From: Terriglobia bacterium | Lineage (GTDB): Bacteria > Acidobacteriota > Terriglobia > 20CM-2-55-15 | Direction of reading: 5' to 3' | Assembly (NCBI GenBank): GCA_965206125.1 | Contig: CBDBIN010000039.1 | Coordinates: forward strand, 10,202 to 74,201 | DNA length: 64,000 nucleotides | Notes under the pieces: model-generated | What the model saw: only the letters and a program-made list of their open reading frames with translations | The model's database searches: none | Told to the model about the DNA's origin: nothing | In this document: positions 41,094-50,338 of the stretch, piece after piece | Layout: each line of letters opens with the position of its first letter | Position numbering within the stretch: position 1 is the first letter of the stretch | Made by a program: the position numbers and the translations under genes

Positions 41094-41148
41094 CATGTCG
41101 ACACGTCGACTAAGCATCATGTTGATCACTTGATATATCGACATGTCA
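41094..41148. promoter_or_regulatory. Palindromic GTCGAC/CGACATGTC repeats upstream of parA (operator or centromere-like)
   Basis: CATGTCGACACGTCGAC at 41094-41110 and ATCGACATGTC at 41138-41148. The 11-mer CATGTCGACAC recurs at 41788-41798 inside ATCGACATGTCGACAC. Confidence 0.45.
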
Positions 41149-41170
41149 TCTTGAAACTTGAGGGGTAAAA

Positions 41171-41848
41171 ATGGACGTTATCGCGGTCATAGCTCAGAAA
41201 GGCGGTGCAGGGAAAACGACCCTAGCCCTTTCGATAGCTGTTGCTGCGCAGCGGGAAGGCCGCACGACCGCGATTATTGACCTTGACCCGCAGGCCTCAG
41301 CAAGCAACTGGGGTGATCGCCGCAAAGCCGATCGACCGGCCATTGTTTCAGCGCAGCCGGCCCGTTTGCCTCAGATCCTTGATGCAGCCGAAGAGAGCGG
41401 CGCCGATATGGTCGTTATTGATACTCCGCCGCGAGCTGAGCGGGCCGCCATCGTCGCCGCCCGCGCTGCTCATTTGGTGCTTGTTCCGTGCCGCCCCTCA
41501 ATTTTCGATCTCGAAACTTTTTCAACAACACTTGACCTCATCGCTGCAGTTGGCCCAAAGCCACTCTCCGCCGTACTCAATGCAGTGCCGGCGCGTGGCA
41601 GAAAACGCCAACAAGCAGATCAGGCGTTAAAAGAGTTAGGCATTGCCGTTTGTCCAGAAGTCTTTGGTGCCCGCGTCGCTTTTGACCACGCCAATACGGT
41701 AGGGCTCAGCGCCCAGGAATATGAGCCAGCAAGTCAGGCGGCCAAAGAGATTCAGGATGTCTACACATCAATCTGTCGTCTTATCGACATGTCGACACGA
41801 CGAGGAGATGCTCATGCCAAAGGCCGACTTGCTACAAGCAATGCGTGA
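41171..41848 (+). CDS. parA: ParA-family partition ATPase
   Basis: VIAVIAQKGGAGKTTLAL deviant Walker A, IIDLDPQASAS, MVVIDTPP. Confidence 0.9.
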   Translation: MDVIAVIAQKGGAGKTTLALSIAVAAQREGRTTAIIDLDPQASASNWGDRRKADRPAIVSAQPARLPQILDAAEESGADMVVIDTPPRAERAAIVAARAAHLVLVPCRPSIFDLETFSTTLDLIAAVGPKPLSAVLNAVPARGRKRQQADQALKELGIAVCPEVFGARVAFDHANTVGLSAQEYEPASQAAKEIQDVYTSICRLIDMSTRRGDAHAKGRLATSNA

Positions 41849-42101
41849 GAAAGCCAATCCTGTAGCGCCCGCACCAACCAAACAGGCGCATGGTACAGCA
41901 GCGCAGGCGAAACAACCACCAAGCCGTAACGGTAAGCGCCAGGTGGCCGCCTATTTCCCCGTACCTGTGCAGAAGCAACTCAAGCTCTTGATGGTCGAGC
42001 ATGACACGACCGTGCAGAACCTTCTCGCCGAGGCTCTAAACGACCTCTTCGCCAAATACGGTAAACCCGAGATCGCACCAACGGTCGAACGAGGGATCTG
42101 A
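41814..42101 (+). CDS. Small partition or DNA-binding protein, ribbon-helix-helix-like (ParG-like)
   Basis: GAGGAG then ATG 41814. RQVAAYFPVPVQKQLKLLMVEHDTTVQNLLAEALNDLFAKYG is RHH-like. Immediately follows parA. Confidence 0.55.
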   Translation: MPKADLLQAMREKANPVAPAPTKQAHGTAAQAKQPPSRNGKRQVAAYFPVPVQKQLKLLMVEHDTTVQNLLAEALNDLFAKYGKPEIAPTVERGI

Positions 42102-42228
42102 GCTGTATTAACTCGGAAGCTGCCCGACAAGCGGCAGCACCAGCCGGCGGCCACGGTATTCTCTTCAATGATCAGTGGAGTGGCCGCCGCAGGTAAGCCA
42201 CAAGCCGTTATGCGCACTCACTTGATCT

Positions 42229-43188
42229 ATGACTCGTAAGCGGAAGACAAGACGGGAACTGAAGGTTATTTTCGATACCAGCATCCTGTTTACGCGGATT
42301 GCGGACGATCTGACGAGACCTGACGTTCGGCAGCTAATAGAAAAGAACTCCTCGCACCCCGATCTGGCATTGAGTTGGTATCTGCCCCGAGTAGTCGTTG
42401 ACGAGCGGCAGTACCAAATGCAACAGCGAGCACTTGAGTTGCTGCCGAATCTTGAGAAACTCGAACGACTTCTGGGTCACAAATTGAATATCACCCCAAA
42501 CATACTTGCAACTCGCGTTGAGGCGGCGATTAACGACCAGATCGAGAAGATGTCAATCACTGTCCTGGATCTGGACACTAACGCAGTCGACTGGCCAACT
42601 GTCATCACCCGAGCAGTCCGGCGCGATCCACCTTTCGAAGCTGGAAACACTGAAAAAGGATTCAGGGATTGCCTGATCGCCCAGACGTTCTTTCAGTTGG
42701 TCCGAGACTCACCAACGACGCCCGGTCATTGTGGGCTGGCAGTTGTGACCAGTGACGAGCGCCTAGCTGAGTATGTCCGCGAAGGAACTGACGAAGCAAG
42801 GAACGTCCGAGTGCTAGGGAGTGTTGACGATCTGGAAAGCCTTATCAATACGCTCGTTTCACAAGTCACAGAGGAATTCGTTTCTGATCTCAAGTCACGA
42901 GTCAAGACGTTCTTCTTCGAAAAAGAAAAGGAATCTAGCCTGTATTACAAGCAGGGACTGCGGGACAAATTGAGGGAAGCATTCGGACACGAACTGGAGG
43001 CGGTCCGCAATGAGGGCGAGCATAGAACAAATGGCACGTGGCGGATCGCTGCTCCGGTATTCAACCGCAAGGAACGACAACGGACCTATTGGATCACGCC
43101 GATCACCGTTGATGCTAAGCTCTTCAAGTACCAGGACCCCACAGTACTCACCAGCTCCGAGCCAGCGACCCTAGTGGTCCCCGTCTAA
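42229..43188 (+). CDS. PIN-like domain protein
   Basis: KVIFDTSILF N-terminal acidic motif, KGFRDCLIAQT, VVTSDERL. 319 aa, lower GC than neighbours. Confidence 0.45.
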   Translation: MTRKRKTRRELKVIFDTSILFTRIADDLTRPDVRQLIEKNSSHPDLALSWYLPRVVVDERQYQMQQRALELLPNLEKLERLLGHKLNITPNILATRVEAAINDQIEKMSITVLDLDTNAVDWPTVITRAVRRDPPFEAGNTEKGFRDCLIAQTFFQLVRDSPTTPGHCGLAVVTSDERLAEYVREGTDEARNVRVLGSVDDLESLINTLVSQVTEEFVSDLKSRVKTFFFEKEKESSLYYKQGLRDKLREAFGHELEAVRNEGEHRTNGTWRIAAPVFNRKERQRTYWITPITVDAKLFKYQDPTVLTSSEPATLVVPV

Positions 43189-44094
43189 CAGACTGCACCT
43201 TATTCGGATCGTTCCCCGAGCCAGACCGACACACTGCGGCTTCGGCCAAGCCGTCCGAGTTCGTTCCGCACAGGGATTTCCGATCTAATGGTCATTATTT
43301 TCCTCATATATGATCAGAAATGGGACAGCCAGAGCCGTTACGTTAATTGTGACGGACTACACTAGCGAGTCTTGGGCTGATAGCGTCGGAAGTCGACTGG
43401 CCAGGAATTCTGGCCGGAAGCCCTCAGAGGCCCGAAAAACAGAAGATTGGGACTGGAAGGACCAAGTTCCAAGTGCACTGGAGCGTGAACATCACTCAGG
43501 CCGGCCGCCTCGCCTCGCCCCGAATTGAAAACCTTGAACTGATCGGCACTGAGTGGGACGGCGCATAACACTTATGAGGCCCACTCCAGTCAAGAGACAA
43601 GACTCCCCACAGCACTGAAGAAACGAACAGGTCGCCGGTCAGCGAAGAGGAAACGCGGCGATCGGTAGCGGTCTCTATCTTGATTTCCCAAAGGTCGGGA
43701 TAGCAGTTCGTGCTGCACCAGAACCCCCTTGACGCCGAACAGGCGACTGCCCTGTGGTCTGCTGCTGCTCCGCTCAACGTGGCGCGGCGTCACCGATCTC
43801 GGCTTCGAGGATGAGAGCAGCCTCTTTGCCGACGAACGTCGATGAGAACACGGTCATGCCGACGAACTCGTATTCCGGTGGCGCCTCGTTCATCTCACGT
43901 TCCATGGTACCGGTGCGGTTCGTCGCGAGTAGGCTGTAGCGGAAATGCCGGCCTTCGGGGGCGCTTTGACAACGTAAAAAGAGCCCGTCTTGATCTAGTA
44001 ATTAGATCGGGAGGTTTGATGTAAGTTGTTGGAATATCGAGCTGTGATGTGCACGACGTAGTCGGACAGTCAGTGCTCCTATTGTAAACGTTCC

Positions 44095-44335
44095 CGGAGA
44101 GCTTCATAAGGGGTTGGCCGCCGAAGGCGCTATAGGGTCGAGTGAGGTTGCAGAAGCGCTCCCATTGCGCCAGTTGCTTGTTCAGATCGACATCGTCGAC
44201 GTAGTCGAGCGGCTGATAGAACTCTTGCAGATCGGTCCGGTGGGAGCGTTCGAATCTCCCGTTGATCCTGGTCCATCGATACAGCCTCCTTCTGGTAGAA
44301 AACTCAGAATAAGGCTGTCCGACAGGCTCGTACAT
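44095..44335 (-). pseudogene. IS481/IS3-type integrase-core C-terminal fragment
   Basis: YRWTRINGRFERSHRTDLQEFYQPLDYVDDVDLNKQLAQWERFCNLTRPYSAFGG resembles the ...TNGKVERFHRT...YN..RPH end of DDE transposases. Confidence 0.55.
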
Positions 44336-44462
44336 ATCTACATGGTGCTACTTGTACCAAGCCATCGATTCCACCGGGGCCCCGATCGACTTCGTCCTCT
44401 CAAGCTTGCGCGATGCCGACTTTATGACTAACCGGGGCCACCTCAAGTGAACACTGGAACTC

Positions 44463-44894
44463 TTACTTATCGGAACTTGGTCGCATAATCTTGGCAATCC
44501 GCCGTCTTCTTTTCTCACTTTCTCGCGTCACGTCCGAATTCCATTGTTCGAGCTTAAAGTCCCCGTCTCTAACCTGTCGGCGAAGAACCTTCAAAAACGC
44601 CAAGTGAAATCCGTACCAGGTGTTGTCATACTCGGCATTACCGATGCGCACCGGATCGAGCAACGGTATACATAGGCCGAATCTTTCCAGTCGGACGTAT
44701 AAGGACTTCAGCTGATGTTCAAAGTGTTCCACATTGGTTTCTTCAATCGCCCAGCCAATCCGCTCCAAGTTTTCTTGAAGGTTCCAGACGAGCTTCTTTG
44801 TGATGGGGATGAACGGCAGAATCATACGCACCCACTTCCAAATCCGCGTAAGAAGTCCGCGAAGTAGATCAAAAACAATTCCCCATTCCACCAC
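44463..44894 (-). CDS. Hypothetical protein
   Basis: 143-aa ORF in a low-GC stretch with a basic C-terminus. No recognised motif. Confidence 0.35.
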   Translation of the reverse strand: MVEWGIVFDLLRGLLTRIWKWVRMILPFIPITKKLVWNLQENLERIGWAIEETNVEHFEHQLKSLYVRLERFGLCIPLLDPVRIGNAEYDNTWYGFHLAFLKVLRRQVRDGDFKLEQWNSDVTRESEKRRRRIAKIMRPSSDK

Positions 44895-45453
44895 GACATG
44901 CTATCGGCCTCTTTTCAGTTCGTCACGCGCATAATGAAGAATGAAGTTGATGTAGGCGAGATGCTATTTTGCTCCGATGCTCGACGCCTCTGAGAGTTCC
45001 TGACGCCCTGAGGGGCTCTCTACGTCTCCGATGCCATAGACGAGGTGAGCCGCTGAGCAGAGATTTTCAGTGGCGCGTTGAAAGAGCCATCCTCGAAGAT
45101 TTCTAGAATGGCCAGGAGTCTGCGTGGCAGAAGAAAGGCGGCCGTACATATCGACGCTAAGCGCTGTATACCCACAACATACTGTGGTCATGGTGGCCTA
45201 AAAACGTTCTGCCGCGCAGACTCCTAGGCCGCATATTTCAGCAATCGTGAATGAAGCACGTTTTCGTGCGGAAGAGTGGGCGTTGGGAGAGTCTGGGTTC
45301 CGGTAAGGCACGGATGGGGGCAATCAGGGTGTCGCTGGCCATGAGTGGGTTTGTTTCTGGGGTTTGAAGGAGGCCTGGATAAGGTAGTCAGGCAGAGCTC
45401 TCCGTCGGAGAAAGAAACAAGTCTATTTTGGAGCCGTGGATCGGGGTCCTGTG

Positions 45454-46327
45454 TCAGCACCGCAGAGGAATCGACTGCAGGTTGCGAAGGATGGTCGCAA
45501 AGACTTCGGCGTAGGGATAGGCCTCCGACATCGAGATCCAGACGTTGCGGACCGTCAGGCGGATGCGAGCGCCGATCTTGAGAAGCTTCAGGCGGATGGT
45601 CTGGCATTGAGCGCGGGCCAGCGGGGTATCCTTGAGCCCCAGACGACGCAGTGTATGTATGAGCATGTAAGCGGCTGAGGATAGATACAGCCGGAGCTGA
45701 TTGGCACCCATCGTCGCCGCGCTGGTGAGGTCGGCAAACAGATCCAGTTGTTGTTCCTTGATGCGGTTCTCCATGTCGCCCCGTGCACAGTAGAAATCTT
45801 CCTAGAGAGCTTGGGCGGCGAGGCGTTTTGTCGGTAATGAGGTCACCACGAATCGAGGATTGGCACCCTTGTCCAGGAACTCGGCCTTGGCTCCGACGCG
45901 TCGGGTGCAGCTCCAGCTCTTCAGGGTCCGGTACTGAAAATCCTTAAACACCCGCGCCGGTTTTCCGGTGGTGTTAAACTCCGCTTCGGCCTGAGTCATT
46001 TCTTCCGCAATCTCTCGCTTGAGACGGTCGTTCTTGGCCAACCCGATCACGTAATCGAGCTGATGGGCCTCACACCAACGGAGTAATTCATCCCGGCAAA
46101 AGCCGGAATCGGCCCGGATGATGATCGACACTCCCGGCCAGCTGTGACGGATCTGGCCGATGATACGTTTCAACTCATCCACCGCTCCATCGGCACCATC
46201 GATATTGGATCGGCGCAGACGGGCGCACAACAGGTGTTCGGCACAGAAGATGTACAAAGGCAGATAGCAATAGCGGCGGTAGTGGCCGTGAAAGAACCGG
46301 CCTCGGAACGTGTCAACAAGTTTGAGA
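45454..46327 (-). pseudogene. IS1380-family transposase, N-terminally truncated at intron junction, with in-frame TAG
   Basis: Track ORFs 45802..46350 and 45454..45774 are in the same frame, separated by TAG (45802-45804). HGHYRRYCYLPLYIF, IIIRADSGFC, YCARGDMENRIKEQQ are IS1380-type motifs. Confidence 0.75.
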
Positions 46328-48315
46328 GTGCGCCGTGAAAGGTGAGTCAACGCAGCCGGTGAAAGTCCGGTCCAAGGAGGTGTCGGTAGACCTTGGTAGC
46401 TACCCAGGCGGTGGCAAGGGCGACCAACCCATCGAAGCCCTGGGGACAGAGACCCGCCTTGGGCGGGTTTGCAAGCGTGCGGGCCGCAACGCGAGTGAAG
46501 CCTGAGCAGGCCTCGAAAGGTTGAATGCGAGCGCCGAGTCTCCTCTCATTAGACGAAGGCCCATGAGGGTGGCCAGATGAACCGACAAGAGACGGTCGCC
46601 CTGCTCGCCGGGGTAGTGGGCGCAGCACGTACGCACGCGGGGACTCGCAACACGGGAAACCTGTTGTGCTGCCGGGGAGACCTGGCAACGGCTCCAACTG
46701 GGAGGCGGGCGCGACAGGCGTCGGAGGGGCTCATACTACCGATGAACCCGGGTAATGCCGGGGGAGGGAAGGAGCCCTAGTTCGGGGTGCGTTTGAACGA
46801 GTTGAGATGAGGAGATTGGCGTGAGCCTGGCAACTCCAGAAAAGATTCGGAAGCTCCAACGAGCGCTCTACGTGAAGGCCAAGCATGAGCCGACACGGCG
46901 ATTCCACTTCTTATATGACAAGGTGTGGCGTGAAGACATTCTGACCCACGCCTACGCGCGTTGCCGATCCAACGGTGGGGCGCCGGGCGTGGATGGGGAA
47001 ACCTTTACGCACATTGAGGGATATGGGGTGGACCGCTGGCTCAACACGGTACGGGAGGAGGTGCGAACAGGACGCTACAGACCGCAACCGGTCAAACGGG
47101 TGATGATTCCAAAGTCTGGTGGCGTGGGCCAACGGCCGCTGGGGATTCCGACTATCCGTGACAGGGTAGTGCAAACCGCGGCGAAGTTGGTGCTCGAACC
47201 GATTTTCGAAGCAGACTTCGATGGGGCGGTCTACGGGTATCGTCCCAAACGGAGCGCGCTGGATGCGGTTCGAACCGTTCATCGGGCAATTGATGAGGGG
47301 CACACCAAAATAGTCGATGCCGATCTATCGAAATACTTCGATACGATTCCCCACCCCGAGCTGATCAAGTGCGTTGCACGACGTGTTAGCGACGGGAAGA
47401 TGCTGCATCTGATCAAGATGTGGTTGAAGACGCCGGTCGAGGAGACCGGCGAACGGGGACATCGGCGGATGAGTGGCGGCAAGAAGGCGACGCGGGGAAC
47501 ACCGCAGGGTGGAGTGGCATCGCCATTGTTGGCGAACATCTACATGCATCGTTTCATCAAGGCGTTTCGCAAGCATGGTTTGGATCGTCGGTACGACGCG
47601 GTGCTGGTGACCTACGCGGACGATTTCGTGGTCCTGTGTCGGCATGGCGCCGGTGAGGTCCTCGAAACGACTCGGCGATGGATGGCCAGCATCGGTCTCA
47701 CGCTGAACGAGACCAAGACGCGTGTATGCGACGCCCGATGCGAGCCCTTCGACTTCCTCGGCTATACCTTCGGGCCGATGTACTCTCCGCGAACCGGCGG
47801 ACGCTACAACGGTGCGCGGCCTTCCAAGAAGGCTGTGGCCTCGGTCAAGGAGCATATCCGGCGACGCCTGCGGTCCGGTAATCACGCGCCATGGGAAGAC
47901 GTGGCGCGGGGCCTGAACCGCATGGTGCGGGGATGGTCGGCCTACTTCAGCTATGGGTCGGTGACGCAGGCGCGACACGGGGTGAAACTGTATCTCTATC
48001 ACGCCGTCCGTCGCTTCCTTCGGCGTCGGCACAAAGTGGCCGGGTCTGGTTACCGGCGGTTCCCCACCGATGAGGTATTTGGGAAGCTGGGCGTGCTGTC
48101 TCCCGAATCCTGTCCGCATGAGGTCTGGTCGGCAATGCGCACGCCTTGACGTGAAACCCGTCCGAGAGCCGGGTGCGGGAAATCCGCACGCCCGGTTCGA
48201 TGAGCGGGGAGGAGAAACGGAGCGATGGACTTCTCGGCGAGACCAGCAACGAAAGACGCTGGCCGCTATCGGCGCCGCCGGTCCTGTACGCCACCGCGCT
48301 TCTCCTCGACTCTAC
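46328..48315 (+). mobile_element. Full-length group II intron (about 1.99 kb)
   Basis: 5-prime GTGCG at 46328. Intact RT ORF. Domain V GAGCCGGGTGCGGGAAATCCGCACGCCCGGTTC at 48166-48198. Proposed 3-prime end ...TCGACTCTAC at 48315. Confidence 0.8.
46821..48149 (+). CDS. Group II intron reverse transcriptase/maturase
   Basis: 442 aa. RPLGIPTIRDRVVQ, DADLSKYFDTIPH, GTPQGGVASPLLANIYM, TYADDFVVL, domain X LNRMVRGWSAYFSYG. Confidence 0.9.
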   Translation: MSLATPEKIRKLQRALYVKAKHEPTRRFHFLYDKVWREDILTHAYARCRSNGGAPGVDGETFTHIEGYGVDRWLNTVREEVRTGRYRPQPVKRVMIPKSGGVGQRPLGIPTIRDRVVQTAAKLVLEPIFEADFDGAVYGYRPKRSALDAVRTVHRAIDEGHTKIVDADLSKYFDTIPHPELIKCVARRVSDGKMLHLIKMWLKTPVEETGERGHRRMSGGKKATRGTPQGGVASPLLANIYMHRFIKAFRKHGLDRRYDAVLVTYADDFVVLCRHGAGEVLETTRRWMASIGLTLNETKTRVCDARCEPFDFLGYTFGPMYSPRTGGRYNGARPSKKAVASVKEHIRRRLRSGNHAPWEDVARGLNRMVRGWSAYFSYGSVTQARHGVKLYLYHAVRRFLRRRHKVAGSGYRRFPTDEVFGKLGVLSPESCPHEVWSAMRTP

Positions 48316-48373
48316 CACCTGCCTAACCGTTAATTAGTGAGCAGGGCGGGAAGGAACTGAGCCTAAACATTCT

Positions 48374-48925
48374 TCACACCGACCTCTTGTACGCGGACTT
48401 CAATCGGCCCGCTTCAACAACAAAGTTCCGCAGGGCACCCACGAAATCATGACTCGGAAGCTTGCCAACCTTCAAGAGTTCGGAATCCCGATCTCCATCG
48501 GCGGCTGAAATCCAAGTACCGTTAAAGTTAGAACGCGTGAAGGCATTCGGAATCCGTCCGCGAAATGCGTTGAAGTTGCCGCGGTGCAGTACATAGAGTT
48601 CGCCTCCGTCCTCGGCGAACGCGCCCGCAGGCCGACGATCGATCCCCCGGACGGGCGGATTTATTTCGCACATGATGCTAACCGAATCAGACGGTTTCTC
48701 CAGGCCAAATACATTCCAGTAGCTCTTGCCCGGAGACTTCTCATCCGGGGGAAGACCGAAGTACGCCCAGAGACCGACGCTGGACACCCAATACGCCTGA
48801 GCCTCAAGATGCCCGTTTGGATGTCCAATATCAGTCTGTATACGCTCATCCGCGACGCTCGAGACGGCTTGCTCGAATGCTTTCTGCGCTCCCGTTATCG
48901 CATCTTCGTCAGCCAGAATTCTCAT
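48374..48925 (-). CDS. Hypothetical protein
   Basis: 183-aa ORF with plausible composition. No motif recognised. Confidence 0.45.
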   Translation of the reverse strand: MRILADEDAITGAQKAFEQAVSSVADERIQTDIGHPNGHLEAQAYWVSSVGLWAYFGLPPDEKSPGKSYWNVFGLEKPSDSVSIMCEINPPVRGIDRRPAGAFAEDGGELYVLHRGNFNAFRGRIPNAFTRSNFNGTWISAADGDRDSELLKVGKLPSHDFVGALRNFVVEAGRLKSAYKRSV

Positions 48926-48966
48926 GGTCGTTCCTCACGTTCCTTTTCGAAACTGCCGGAACTCGA

Positions 48967-49194
48967 CTCAATCCCATCGGTAATTTTGCGGCTCATCCCA
49001 TCAAGAGTGAGCACACTGGCGAGGTGATGGAAGTCGAGCCCGGCGAGTCTGAATGGCTTTTAGAGACCCTAGAGAGTTTATTCGACTTTTATTTCGTGCA
49101 GCCCGCGAAGTTGAATAAAAAAAGAGACGCGATAAACAAGAAATTGAAGGAAGCAGGCAAGCCGCAGTTGAAGGGGGCTGCTGGTGAGAAATAG
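48967..49194 (+). pseudogene. DUF4145-like C-terminal fragment
   Basis: LNPIGNFAAHPIKSEHTGEVMEVEPGESEWLLETLESLFDFYFVQPAKLNKKRDAINKKL matches the DUF4145 GNxxAHP... C-terminal pattern. The N-terminal ~100 aa are absent. Confidence 0.5.
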
Positions 49195-49292
49195 GAGTCG
49201 ACCTGCCGTCATGAGCCTGCCTAAGATGGTGTGGGACACCTGCGAGAAAAGGACCAGACGCACTCATGGCTGGAGATTAGGAGAGATGAGAG

Positions 49293-50243
49293 ATGAGGAC
49301 TTTAGCGATAGCGATACTGTTAACGATCCTCGGCTTTACGGCGGAGGCACGAAACATCTACGAACAACAGGCCCCGGAAGCGCCGTCGCTCGAAGAGGAC
49401 CGCCTCGTGCTGTTGAAGACGCATGAGAACGCCTTCGGATCAGCCCGTTACAGCAGTTGGGACAATCGGAAGATCCACGACGCGCAAGTCACTGTTCGCT
49501 CAGGTGTTCGCATAAATGGTGCGATTGATTGGCGACTGGACTACGTGGTTACCGGGAAGGAGTTCCGTGTCGAAGACTTCGATGTTGATGAGGATGACGA
49601 TCAGGTGAAGATCAAGCTCCAAGCTACCGACGTCGATGTCGGAACGGAACTGAACCTGACGATTCCGGGTATTGACAATTTGCCTGTTATCGCAAGTGCT
49701 CTGTTCTCTTCCACGAGGGGAGGCATCGAGGATTACAGGTCGGGGATCGAACCTGAGATGATCGACCGTCATATCGATTCCGCGTTCGACACGACGGGCG
49801 TGACCGATGAACAAAAACAGCGCCTTCTGGCCGCGATAACGGAGTTGCCTATCGACCGCATTCAGGTTGAGGCCGAGGACGAAGGACTGTTTGTCCGGCT
49901 TCCATTCCGACACGGGACGCAGTACAACACGCGCGTCGTGAACAAGTCTCAGAGGCTTGCCAGCACAATACAGGAGGTCCTTCGCGCTGCGAGATCTCTT
50001 ATCTCTGAAGATCAGATGCGCAACGAGTTCTTGGCGGGGTATACGCTCTATTGGACTTCGTTCTTTAGGGACTTCGTTGACGAGGAGTCGGCTTCGTGGG
50101 AGTCCATCGAACTTTCCATGGATCGCTTCGACTTCGAGGATTATGCGGACGGAGACCTGAGCGCCTTCGATCTAGTGAGTCGATCGAAGCTGCGTGTTGC
50201 TAAAGAGCTCTACACGCTCACGTCGTGGGAGCCGATCCAATAG
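49293..50243 (+). CDS. Secreted hypothetical protein
   Basis: MRTLAIAILLTILGFTAEA signal peptide. Acidic 316-aa protein, no recognised domain. Confidence 0.55.
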   Translation: MRTLAIAILLTILGFTAEARNIYEQQAPEAPSLEEDRLVLLKTHENAFGSARYSSWDNRKIHDAQVTVRSGVRINGAIDWRLDYVVTGKEFRVEDFDVDEDDDQVKIKLQATDVDVGTELNLTIPGIDNLPVIASALFSSTRGGIEDYRSGIEPEMIDRHIDSAFDTTGVTDEQKQRLLAAITELPIDRIQVEAEDEGLFVRLPFRHGTQYNTRVVNKSQRLASTIQEVLRAARSLISEDQMRNEFLAGYTLYWTSFFRDFVDEESASWESIELSMDRFDFEDYADGDLSAFDLVSRSKLRVAKELYTLTSWEPIQ

Positions 50244-50338
50244 AACAAAAGATTACGACATCCCTGCGCGCTGCGGCTGCGGTGGCCGCTACGGCGCCGT
50301 ATCCCATACATTCTAATATGGCAATCCAGCGCCTCCTT

